A stretch of DNA of 64,000 nucleotides, taken from the NCBI GenBank assembly GCA_012295275.1, contig CM022670.1, forward strand, positions 26,288,001 to 26,352,000, in the 5' to 3' direction. Made by a program: the position numbers and the translations under genes. Every line of letters starts with the position of its first letter. The first letter of the stretch is position 1. This DNA is from Chrysomallon squamiferum (taxonomy: Eukaryota; Animalia; Mollusca). The notes beneath the pieces were generated by a model. The model saw only the letters and a program-made list of their open reading frames with translations. It made no database searches and was not told the DNA's origin. Positions 43,443-62,000 of the stretch are shown here, in pieces.

Positions 43443-46400
43443 TGCATGCGTGTATGTACGTTTTTAAAATATAGTATAATGATAAGCTAATTTTTAAATT
43501 ATTACACTTGCACATATTATACATATTTTTGATAGGGACGTGATATGGTAACAGTTATCAATATTAACAGCACCAACAGACACATTACGAATCTCATAAA
43601 GAGCAGAACGTATTCTTATGTTACAGAAATGAAATTAATGTTTCAATCTGTGAACAAAGATTTTTATTTCTGCATTACCTGAAAACAGATTCCATTCATG
43701 GCCTGCACGTCAGCAGCTCTTAGACATTGCTTGATGGTGCTCATGTCTTCAGTGTGACAGTCTAAAAACTTGGCCATTCTCTCCAACTCAGACTTGGGAT
43801 TTCTTGGAGAATTTACAAAAGCCCAGTGTGCAGTTGGCGAGCCACTCTGTACAATGGCGTAACGAAACAAACCTAAACAATAAATAATAATAATAATAAT
43901 AACAATAAGAACAAACATAATGATAATAATAGTAGTAGTTCTAATAGCAGCAGCAGGCGTTGTAATAATAAAATAAAGTCACGTGCCTTTTGATTTGGGT
44001 GACAAGATGTGAAGGCCGACGTCTCCAGCTCCAGCACTGTGACCTTCAACTGTGACCTTCTCAGGGTCGCCACCAAAGAAATGTATGTTCTTCTTCACCC
44101 ACTGCAGAGCTAAGTTTTGATCAAGAAGACCATAATTACCGGGAAAGTGAACGGAATCCCCGCTTATAAATCCTAATGAAAGAAAACATACATTATTTTA
44201 AATGCTCGTTTCTATCAATAAACTTTATAATGTTTTAGGCAGAGGAGAAATGATTTCTAGACTGGGTGAAATAAAAAAATGTGCAACTCACCCAAAATAC
44301 CGAGTCTGTAATTAAACGTTACAACGATGATGTTAGCCAACACCGCAAGGATGTCACCATGAAACATGGCCCCCATTCCGGCAAGGTTGGTCCCTCCGTG
44401 AATGTGTACCAGAACCGCCATTTTTTTAATGTTCTTCTCACCTGTCTTCAGTAGTAGTAGTAATAATAATAACAACAACAATAACAATAATAATAATAAT
44501 AATAATAATGTATACATGTATATGTATGTATGTGTGTGCGTGTGTCTGTCTATCTGTATGTTTGTCTGTGTCCCGATAAATCAATTCAGTTTCACTGAAT
44601 TGCATAAAAGTGTCAGTTATGAGCAGTGTTAAATACGTTTTCTTTACTTGATTTATTCCTTTACACTTCATTCTATTTCCAACTTTTGTTCCAGATATAT
44701 TCATTGGGTCTTATCAGTTAGAACGCAGCCAAGAAAATAGCGCCACTAAAGACAGACATAGAAGCTGTGTTTCTTTTTTTCTCTATATTATAAACATCAT
44801 AATATAAAATAAAAATAAACGGAAAAAATACTCACATTATTATTGGAATTCAATACCAAAACAAAGCAGATTTGTCTGATAAAATTCATTAAAAAAAAAA
44901 AATTAAGAAGAAAATCAAAGCGAACAATATTCCATATTGAAACAATAGCATAAGTATAAAATAAACCTCCAGCTGCGATTGACTTCACAATGATTTGAAC
45001 AATAAACAATCGAAAAACTTGTTAACACTTTCTGAGACTGGCCAAATGTTCAAAATATTCTGGTTTTCCAGATTCTGGCAACCATCCGGACGTAACCGAC
45101 ACCCAAATTCAATTTTTGTTTGTTTATTTTGTGGTTGTTTTTTTCTTTATGTGTATGAGTTTGTAAGACTTTATATTAGAAAGCAGATCAGGTATATTTG
45201 TTAACCAGTTCCGGCATGAAACCTTTTACCTACAGATTATGTTCATTTTAAATAAGAATCTAAGAATGAATACCACAGAGACGTAGATGTTCAGGTAGAG
45301 ACAGTCTTCATTTTTCCTGTATTTAAGCACAAGGGAAAATCTAAACCGTAATGTCCTTCCCTAGTAAACAATAATTATGTCTCTGTAATAATTCATCAGT
45401 ACTGTTTGGTATGTGTATGTATGTTGTTGTTTGTTTTTTTGTTTGTTTGTTGTTGTTTTTTTTTCTTTTTGTGTATGAATTTGTAAGACTTTACATTTGA
45501 AAGCAAAGCAGGTATATTTGTAAACCAAATCCGGCATAAAACCTTTTACCTACAGATTATGTTTATTTTAAATAAGAATCTTAGTTAGTTTCCAATGTAT
45601 AAAATGAATTTTATAAATAATTAAAATGAATACCGCAGGGACGTAGATGTTCAGGTAGAGACAGTCTTCGTTTGTGTAGTTGAAATCTGGCACATGCATG
45701 TGAATGTATTCCCAGGTTTCTTGTTGACAAGCGGGCGGAAGTTCCACAGTACTCAGAATATCAGACCAATGTGCAGGTTCTTGTGGATTCTGCAACAGAC
45801 ACGAAAATATTTACTACATTTAATTTTCTTGATGCTTAATTATTTTTTATTAATATTATTAAGAACATACAGGATTCAAGCTGGGATTTACTTTTTTATT
45901 TTCTTATTGTTTTAAATAAATTTTCCATGTTCTTAATATAGCTGAATATACACAGCATGTTGTCTCCGTATTTCAACGTAAGAAACATTCGAAATGATCT
46001 AGTTTCCTCAACACAATCTTGTTAAATGAAGATACGTTTTACAACAAAATAAGATCAGTGGAAAGAATCCACAGAAAAAACATGGAGTATAGTTTGCATG
46101 AAGAACTGATGTGATTTGGTATGTGCAAACATTAACATATATGAGTTTATTTCTAGCACACAGCTGTCTGTAATAGCATTTGTATGAGTGGTAAAGCCAT
46201 CAACATGTATATATGGGTTCATTTCAAAGCAGAACATTCTGTGAAACAGCTTTTGCATTAATTGCAAAGCTACTTTTATGCTGAACTAATTGTACGGGAA
46301 GTTCAATAAAGTATTCATTTTTTATTTTCTGTGACTGATCTCACTCATGAATTTAGAAAATAAATGATTAGATAATTATTATAACATTAAGAACAAGGAT

Positions 46401-46784
46401 GCTATTTTTCCAACGACTTTTAGATGATTGTCTAAATGTAATCAGAAGGACGTTTCTGTGATTGTTGTTAACAAAACAAACATAACTAGGAGCAATTAAA
46501 ATTCAGTACGTTGAGCTACCTGGTGTTAAGTAGTCTATCTTCAAGTTTGTTGCTGTTGTTGTTCGTAATTCTGCCGTTGTGTTATTAGGCAGGTGGTTTT
46601 TTTAAAGTGTATTTAATAAAATGTTATTATTAGCTAATTAAGCTAATTAAGAAATTAAATTATTTAGAAAGAGGTGCTTATAAAGGTATATAATTGAATG
46701 TGAAATTAAAATTTCTAAGTTGTAACGTTTTGATATAAACCTAACAGGAGCAGCAGCAGTATTATAATTAGTATTAGCATTAGT

Positions 46785-46819
<35 letters not shown>

Positions 46820-47072
46820 CAGTAGTAGTAGTATCAGATGTAGTATTAGCTGTAAAAGAAACGGCAGAAGGAGAAGTAACTATAGGCTGAGGAACAGGAA
46901 TCGGACTAGTGGTAGTAGTAGAAAGAGTAATAGTAGTAATAATAGAAATAGAAGAACAAGTAGTAGTAGTACCAGGAAGAGGAGGAGGAATAGTAATACT
47001 AGTAATAATAAAAACAGAAGTAGTTGTAGAAATCTCAACAGTAGTAATAACAGAAATAGAAGTATCAGTATC

Positions 47073-47124
<52 letters not shown>

Positions 47125-47208
47125 TAAATAGAAGTACCAGTAGCAGTAGAAATCGTAATAGCAGTAATAATAGAAATAGAATTACCAGTAGTAGTAGTAG
47201 TGGTAGTG

Positions 47209-47263
<55 letters not shown>

Positions 47264-48007
47264 CAGCAGCAGCAGCAGCACTACTAGTAGCAGTAATAGA
47301 AATAGAAGTACAAGTAGTAGTAGTAGCAGCAGTAGAAATAATAATAATAGTAATAACAGAAATAGAAGTATCAGTAGCATTAGAAATAGTAATACTGCTT
47401 TTAATAAAAATAGAAGTACATGTGACAGTAGAAACATTGATAGTACTAATAATTGAAATGGAAGTAACAGTTCCTTACTGGAAATACGGTGAAAAAGCTT
47501 TACAGGTAAAATGGTACATTAACTCTCTCGGACATCTCGACAACATCATTTTCGTCCTTATCTTGCAATAACGTCATTGGAGATTTTATTTTGTCGGCGT
47601 CGCCATTCAGCAAGATAAAAATAATATCTTATTTCTGTCGGCATGTAGCAGTTTGATCATTATTTTTTTAATTCTTGCATTTTCATAGTTCTAAAAACAG
47701 CTGAACGAAAATGGATCATTACTAGCTCATCTTTTGTAATATTTTATTTCTAAATCCATATAACCGTATATTATAAGTCATTTGAGTTCGTTGTTGGAAT
47801 AAAACGGTTCTTCTTTCCTATATCTAGTAATTAATAATGGCGTTAACTTAAAAATGACATTATTATCTGTAGGTTACAGGTGTGTTGAGTAGAGGAGATC
47901 ATATATTTCTACATTCCTGTAACTTCGGCAATAACTGACTATGAACAGAAAACAAGCCAACGTGCTGGTAACAAACATGGATTCAGCCAGTGCAACAAAT
48001 GACCATG

Positions 48008-48055
<48 letters not shown>

Positions 48056-48592
48056 TATAAAGATTAATCATTTATTGATTGGTTAATTAATTTCTTGATC
48101 TTTAAATTAGTTCATTCTGTACTGAATACAATATTCACTATATTGAGTTTTAACATTTTATAAATTCAATATTAATAGCAGCATTCCTTTCATTCCGCTT
48201 GTCGTATTTGAGTAAAAGTTTAATTGCGTATTAATCAGTTAATACGTGAAGATGACGTAGAGAAAATATTACAAATTTTATATATACGATTTATTTTTAG
48301 ATTTGTCCACGGATCTTAGAATGTTGTTTAACTCATCTGGTTGTCAAGTAATAACAAGATTATAGGAAAATAAAATAATTATCAACATTCTTACCTCAAA
48401 CCTAAGATTTCCGACTGGTGGAGCAGCAAACGGTATTCCAAAATATCGTTCAACTTTTTCATTTTGCAGTACGGTGTGGACGTAACCCCGAATTTTTCCA
48501 TAAACTGTTTGACGAACAACGAGCTCAGAGTATACATGAGTTTTAATTATGAACACGCACGCCGTCAAAATGGCACATGGATACTTAGCCAT
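39196..48592 (-). CDS. Gene C: complete 11-exon membrane-anchored type-B carboxylesterase, about 580 aa
   Basis: Exons 48395-48592, 45634-45789, 44292-44445, 43987-44172 (GC donor), 43679-43872, 43182-43311, about 42771-42839 (donor uncertain), 42014-42087, 40942-41071, 40194-40329, 39196-39511. Phases are compatible; motifs HGGT, GHSAG, TRDE, GVPHG and a TM helix. Confidence 0.87.
40194..40329 (-). CDS. Gene C exon 10 (catalytic His)
   Basis: [46 protein letters not shown]. Confidence 0.92.
40942..41071 (-). CDS. Gene C exon 9
   Basis: [44 protein letters not shown]|gtagat. Confidence 0.9.
41210..41870. repeat. Degenerate satellite with core tacaaaacatcaata in intron 8 of C (paralogous tract about 53930-54450 in D)
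   Basis: Many imperfect copies of tacaaaa(c/t)atcaata at roughly 22-bp spacing. Confidence 0.7.
42014..42087 (-). CDS. Gene C exon 8
   Basis: [24 protein letters not shown]|gtaagc. Confidence 0.88.
42771..42839 (-). CDS. Gene C exon 7 (3' boundary uncertain)
   Basis: Strong acceptor tttttctccag, open frame [22 protein letters not shown], conserved in D; best phase-1 donor is A|GTGATT. Confidence 0.55.
43182..43311 (-). CDS. Gene C exon 6 (catalytic Glu)
   Basis: [43 protein letters not shown]|gtgagg. Confidence 0.85.
43679..43872 (-). CDS. Gene C exon 5
   Basis: [19 protein letters not shown]...LDC...[18 protein letters not shown]|gtaatg. Confidence 0.9.
43987..44172 (-). CDS. Gene C exon 4 (catalytic Ser)
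   Basis: [61 protein letters not shown]; 186 nt as in B; donor G|GCACGT. Confidence 0.9.
44292..44445 (-). CDS. Gene C exon 3
   Basis: [23 protein letters not shown]...[10 protein letters not shown]|gtgagt; weak AAG acceptor next to a microsatellite. Confidence 0.85.
45634..45789 (-). CDS. Gene C exon 2
   Basis: [28 protein letters not shown]...[13 protein letters not shown]|gtattc. Confidence 0.9.
46750..47470. repeat. (GTA)n-derived low-complexity tract in gene C intron 1, paralogous to the gene D minisatellite
   Basis: Shares gatgtagtatta...gaggaacaggaatcgga and atagaaatagaagta motifs with 59055-63440. Confidence 0.85.
48395..48592 (-). CDS. Gene C exon 1
   Basis: [36 protein letters not shown]...[17 protein letters not shown]|gtaaga. 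Confidence 0.88.
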
Positions 48593-50063
48593 TCTGCAGC
48601 AAATTCTGAGATTCTTCAGCAATAAACGTCTTATCTCACAAAATGGTAACCAATTGAGATGGAGAAAATAAAATAACTCTGTACCTTGTTTTCTTCTAGC
48701 CAGACCTAGTTTAAGATTAAAAATAGCTAAACAATCTTTCTACAGAGTGTATGAAGTTATCGTCGTCATGTCTGTAATTCGCATTTTGAAATAAAATACT
48801 GTGTTGTGTCTGTTTACCTGCAGACCCCCCTCTTTCGAATACGTTCAGTTTTTACGACTGTTTGTATGTAGGATTTGGACATAAGCCAGAGCAGTTACAT
48901 AAAGTTCGTATCTAGCGTCAGTTGAACAGTTGTTTATTTTGGTATCACATATTGAAATACCAACATTTTAGGTTAAAAAAACATGATCAACAACAACAAC
49001 AACAACAATAGCAATGCCAACAGCAACAACAATAAATGTAGCTGAAGTATTCATTACTGAGAGAGAATGACAGAAACATTTTCGTGTATAAACGTACTTA
49101 TTTCCATGTGTGTATGTGTGCGCGTATGTGTTGTGTGTGTTGTTGTTAAAGCCTACACTGACAGACATACGTATTCACATGCAAGTAAAATAAAACTTTG
49201 CGAAATGCTTCTGTAAATGGAAATGTTTACGAACTGAAATAAACTTTAATTTAAATAAAGTGACGGCGTCAGATGCCGCTGACGGGACAATGTCGTGTAC
49301 ATTCCGAATGACGAAATTAATACGTAGAAAAGAAAGCTGTTTAATAACCGAGTGGAAACATGCTCTCTACGAACCAAGCCGGTTTTTTTCTTTCTTTCTT
49401 TCTTTCGATATCTTACTATGCATTTAATTTTGTGGAAATCTTGGCTCTGGCAGGATCTGTTTACGATCGAATATTCTCTGTCCTATGTACGTCTGATTAG
49501 ACTCTGAATATAGACACTATGTAGGATCGCACTGGCACAGGAGGACAAAGTCCAATCACGACTTCACAAACCTGTCACATGTCACTGACGAGCCTCGAAC
49601 ATATAGCACCCAATCGCTCTCACTGATTGTGTATGTATGTATGTATGTATGTATGTATGTTAGAATGTATTATCAATGTATGTATGTATGTATGTATGTA
49701 TACATGTATGCATATTTGTATATATCCAAATGTATTTATACATATATTATTTGTTTGTGCATGCATATGATGATTATACATATTATTAAATTTTACATTA
49801 TTTTACAGTGTCATACCAAAGTAATTCCATGTTATCTCTCTTCTCCAAGTGATCAAAATAATATTATAATACAATTAATTAATTAATAATGAGGATGAAA
49901 TAAACTAATTAATAAGAATGGTAATATTTTATAGTCGTAGTTGTAGCAATGGTATTTATATTAACTTTGTCATCGTATAATCTACTAAAGGGAGACGACT
50001 CTTGTCAGCTCTGCTAATAACCCATAGCCACTTAAGGAAATAATATTGTAATAAATAAATAAG

Positions 50064-50099
<36 letters not shown>

Positions 50100-50784
50100 G
50101 ATAATAATGATAATAATGATCATAATGTGAAACATACAGCAATAAAAGGAATTTATTTCTATCACTGTTTACAAGAACTAACTTATGAGATTTTTAATCT
50201 TAACGTAGTGTCAGGCTAGAAGAAAACAAGATACGTAAACGATTTACAGAAAACTTCTGCTAAAGTTCAACGCTTGTAGGTAGTACGTACGGAAGAGCCA
50301 GAAATCTTAGGTTTTGAAATAAAAAATATCTGAATTTTATTTAATAAGTTTGTCGTAAATGTAGGATACTTTGAAATCGTTTCGGTCTACGAAACTGAGT
50401 TTCAACACATTTCATAATAATGTCAGTTACCAAAATATGACTTTCAAACTATTCTATTTATTTATTATTAATCGAGAAACACTGAACTTTGTCTTTTTTA
50501 AAATTATATAAACACACAATAGCTACAGTTGATCTCTGTTCTGATACAGATATAATTCTCGAAAAATAACTGACAACAATTATAACAATTTTCTGACTAT
50601 ATCATAATTCCGGGGGCGATGTACAGTTAGCTAACCTTTGAAATAAAAACAACGAGGCCAAAATGGAATAACTGGAAATTATATAAATAATTAAAGCTTT
50701 ATATATTATATAAACTCTCATTGCTTTGGATTCATTGCTAGTCACGATTTCATGTTGCTTAACTAGAAGAAATAAAACAGCAAT

Positions 50785-50955
50785 ATAATATTATATTTAA
50801 AAGTTGTGATTCTGCTGTTTTTATTTTAAATATATTTTTCTATGTATGTGTTTATATATATATATGTATATATACACACACACATACATATACATAGAAA
50901 AATATATATAAAATAAAAACATCAGAATCACAAAACTTTTTAAATATAATATTAT
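50785..50955. repeat. Long imperfect inverted repeat (about 70-bp arms) around a TA/CA microsatellite
   Basis: ttatatttaaaagttgtgattctgctgtttttattttaaatatatttttctatgta pairs with tacatagaaaaatatatataaaataaaaacatcagaatcacaaaactttttaaatataa. Confidence 0.85.
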
Positions 50956-52253
50956 ATTTATGTATAGATGAACGGATATATTGTTATTATACTAAGGAAT
51001 TTTATTTAAATAACAGATCTAGAACTTGTTATACAGACACTTTACGACATACGCTGATCGTTTATAGTATAATATACTCTGACCAATTTGCGGGTGTTTA
51101 ATGAATCGTCAGAGAACGAACCTAGATGCAGACAGTGAATAGAAAATGTGCGAAAAGACTTTGCCTCAGCTGAGCCAGCCAATTACTGACAATGTTCAGC
51201 CAATACACATCGATTTGTTGCGTGCGAGTAACTATGAAGTCAAGTTAGCTTTCATGTTAGGCGATGTTTTGTAAAACGTTTTAGCAGATCAACATAATCC
51301 AAATTCCTTTACTAAAGTTTAATTAGTAATTACCTGACTCTAGTTAGCTTTGACTAATTTACTGGAATTTGTAATCCAAATGCTTTCAATCAACTTTACA
51401 GTAACACTTTAACTAATTTACTGGAATGTTTTTTTTAAAATCAATCTGACTGGTATATTTGAAGAAAATGGGTGCAGTTGTCCGGGGACCTATTGTCCTG
51501 TTACCAAGTACTGCGTCTCTTGAACATGTGTTTTTGACAAGCGTATGATTTTCCTTTTTTCCTTTTCTTTTTCTTTCAGACTGAAGGAAAATGAACCATT
51601 GACGACTGACGAAAAGTTGACGGAGTTGTGAAATAAATTAAAGAAACTAATACTTTGTCTATAATATATTTGGTTCTAAGCATGTTTTGTAAAATCATAA
51701 TCATTTCTTTCTCAAATACTTCTGTATTTTCTTGTCTTAACAAGAAAAGGAAGTTGGCCTATAATTGGTGAATTACTGGCTACCTTAATAAATGTGTTTT
51801 ATTTAGTTCCTTAGTATTGTTGTTGTTTTTGTCGTCATCATCATCGTCATTATTAGTGTATAAAGAACAAACAAACAAAGTATCAAATAAATAAATAAAT
51901 AAATAAACATCCATTCATTTATTTTTTTCTGAGCTCCCTCAAGCGCCAAGGTTCGATCTGTTACCAACATTTCGAAAATTCATAACAAAATAACATTTGC
52001 TGAATGAAAACAGTTAAAGAAGTCATGCACATTTATTACAAAGCGACAATATATCACCAAGCCGATTATCATTAGTAAAGACGCACCCCCAAAAAAATAA
52101 AAAACATTAACAGCATGATACTGAATAGCCGATTATTATTATACATTCTTTTTGTTTTTGTACTGAAGTGTTCATTCTTTCATTCATTCTTTCATTAATT
52201 CCTTCACTCTTTCATTCCTTCATTCTTTTCCATTGTATTTTAGATGACATTTA

Positions 52254-58244
<5,991 letters not shown>

Positions 58245-58991
58245 CTGCAACAGACACGAAAATATTTACTACATTTAATTTTCTTGATGCTTAATTATTT
58301 TGTATTAGTATTATTAAGAACATACAGGTTTCAAGCTGGGTTTTACTGGAGGAAATTTAATCTCTTACTTTTTGTTTTATCTTTGTTTTTAACATTATTA
58401 TTCATGTTCTTAATATAGCTGAATATACACAGCATGTTGTCTCCGTATTTCAACGTAAGAAACATTCGAAATCATACAGTTTCCTGAACACAATCTTGTG
58501 AAATGAAGATACGCTTTACAATAAAATCAGATCAGTGGAAAGAATCCACAGAAAAAACATGGAGTGTTGTTTGCTTGAAGAACTGATGTGATTTGTTATG
58601 TGCAAACATTAACATATATGAGTTTATTTCTAGCACACAGCTGTCTGTAATAGCATTTGTATGAGTGGTAAAGCCATACACATGTATATGGGTTCATTTC
58701 AAAGCAGAAAATTATGTGAAACAGCTTTTGCATTAATTTTGAAAGGCACTTTTATATTGAATAATTATATGCGAAGTTTCATAAGGTATCAATATTTTTG
58801 TTTTCTATGACTGATCTCACTGATGAATTTATGGAATAACTGATTAGAAATGTGTTACATTTGTAACGACTTTTAGACAATTGTAATTCAGAAATTAGTT
58901 TATTTAGAAAGAGGAGCTTATAAAGGTATTGAATTGAATGTGGAATTAACATTTCTAGCAGGAGTAGCAGCAGTATTATTATTATTATTAT

Positions 58992-59054
<63 letters not shown>

Positions 59055-62000
59055 ATAGAAGTAATAGAATAAGATGTAGTATTACTTGACAAGCAGCAGC
59101 AGAAGTAGAAGTATCTGTAGGTGGAGGAACAGGAATCGGAAGAGTGGTTGTAGTATAAACAGTAATAGTAGTAATAATAAAAATAGAAGTACCAGTAATA
59201 ATAATAGAAACAGAAGTACCAGTAATAGTAGTAATAATAGAAATAGAAGTACCATTACTAGTAGTAATAATAGAAATAGAAGTACCAGTAGTAATAATAG
59301 AAATAGAAGTACCAGTAATAGTAGTAATAATAGAAATAGAAGAACCAGTAATAGTAGTAATAATAGAAATAGAAGAACCAGTAATAGCAGTAATAATAGA
59401 AGAACCAGTAATAGCAGTAATAATAGAAATAGAAGAACCAGTAATAGTAGTAATAATAGAAATAGAAGAACCAGTAATAGTAGTAATAATAGAAATAGAA
59501 GAACCAGTAATAGTAGTAATAATAGAAATAGAAGAACCAGTAATAGTAGTAATAATAGAAGAACCAGTAATAGTAGTAATAATAGAAATAGAAGAACCAG
59601 TAATAGTAGTAATAATAGAAGAACCAGTAATAGTAGTAATAATAGTAGAACCAGTAATAGTAGTAATAATAGAAATAGAAGAACCGGTAATAGTGGTAAT
59701 AATAGAAGAACCAGTAATAGTAGTAACAATAGAAATAGAAGAACCAGTAGTAGTCGTAGTAGCAGTAGTAGTAGTAGAATAGTAATAGTAGTAATAAAAG
59801 AAATAGAAGTATCAGTATCAGTAGTAATAGTAGTAGTAGTAGTAATAAAAGAAATAGAAGTATCAGTATCAGTAGTAATAGTAGTAGTAGTAGTGATAGA
59901 AGTAATAGTATAAGATGTAGTATTACTTGTAAAAGCACCAGCAGAAGTAGAAGTATCTGTAGGTGGAGGAACAGGAATCGGAAGAGTGGTTGTAGTATAA
60001 ACAGTAATAGTAGTAATAATAAAAACAGAAGTACCAGTAGTAATACTAGAAACAGAAGTACCAGTAATAGTAGTAATAATAGAAATAGAAGTACCAGTAC
60101 TAGTAGTAATAATAGAAATAGAAGTACCAGTAATAGTAGTAATAATGGAAATAGAAGTACCAGTAATAGTAGTAATAATAAAAATAGAAGTACCAGTAGT
60201 AATAATAGAAATAGACGTACCAGTAATAGTAGTAATAATAGAAATAGAAGTACCAGTAATAGTATAATCATAGAAATAGAAGTACCAGTAATAGTAGTAA
60301 TCATAGAAATAGAAGTACCAGTAGTAATAATAGAAATAGAAGTACCAGTAATAGTAGTAGTAGAAATAGAAGAACCAGTAATAGAAGTAATAATAGAAAA
60401 ACCAGTAATAGTAGTAATAATAGAAATAGAAGAACCAGTAATAGTAGTAATAATAGAAGAACCAGTAATAGTAGTAATAATAGAAATAGAAGAACCAGTA
60501 ATAGTGGTAATAATAGAAGAACCAGTAATAGTAGTAATAATAGAAGAACCAGTAATAGTAATAATAATAGAAGAACCAGTAATAGTAGTAATAATAGAAA
60601 TAGACGAACCAGTAATAGTAATAATAATAGAAATAGAAGAACCAGTAATAGTATTAATAACAGAAGAACCAACAATAGTAGTAATAATAGAAGAACCAGT
60701 AATAGTAGTAATAATAGAAATAGAAGAACCAGTAATAGTAGTAATAATAGAAGATCCAGTAGTAGAAGTAATAATAGAAGTAGAAGAACCAGTAATAGTG
60801 GTAATAATAGAAGAACCAGTAATAGTAGTAATAATAGAAGAACCAGTAATAGTAATAATAATAGAAGAACCAGTAATAGTAGTAATAATAGAAGTAGAAG
60901 AACCAGTAATAGTGGTAATAATAGAAGAACCAGTAATAGTAGTAATAATAGAAGAACCAGTATTAGTAGTAATAATAGAAGAACCAGTAATAGAAGTAAT
61001 AATAGAAGTAGAAGAACCAGTAATAGTGGTAATAATAGAAGAACCAGTAATAGTAGTAATAATAGAAATAGAAGAACCAGTAATAGTGGTAATAATAGAA
61101 GAACCAGTAATAGTAGTAATAATAGAAGAACCAGTAATAGTAGTAATAATAGAAATAGAAGAACCAGTAATAGTAGTAATAATAGAAGAACCAGTAATAG
61201 TAGTAATAATAGAAGTAGAAGAAGAACCAGTAATAATAGTGGTAATAATAGAAGAACCAGTAATAGTAGTAATAATAGAAGAACCAGTAATAGAACCAGT
61301 AATAGAAGAGTAATAAGTAATAATAGAAGAAACCAGTAATAGAATAATAAAGAACCAAAAAAGAAGAACCAGTAATAGTGGTAATAATAGAAGAACCAGT
61401 AATAGTGGTAATAATAGAAGAAGAAATAGTAATAATAGAAATAGAAGAACCAGTAATAGTGGTAATAATAGAAGAACCAGTAATAGTAGTAATAATAGAA
61501 AGAAAATACCAGTAATAATAATAAAATAGAAGAACCAGAATAACCAGTAATAATAGAAATAAAATAATAGAAACCAGTAATAGTAATAATAATAATAATA
61601 GAAGAACCAGTAATAGTATTAATAACAGAAGAACCAACAATAGTAGTAATAATAGAAGAACCAGTAATAGTAGTAATAATAAAAATAGAAAGTAGAAGAA
61701 CCAGTAATAATAATAAATAGAAGACCAGTAAAGTAGTAATAATAGAAATAGAAGAACCAGTAATAGTAGAAGAAATAATAGTAGAAGAAGAACCAGTAAT
61801 AGTGGTAATAATAGAAATAGAAGAACCAGTAATAGTAGTAATAATAGAAGAACCAGTAATAGTAGTAATAATAGAAGAACCAGTAATAGTAGTAATAATA
61901 GAAATAGAAGAACCAGTAATAGTGGTAATAATAGAAGAACCAGTAATAGTAGTAATAATAGAAATAGAAGAACCAGTAATAGTGGTAATAATAGAAGAAC

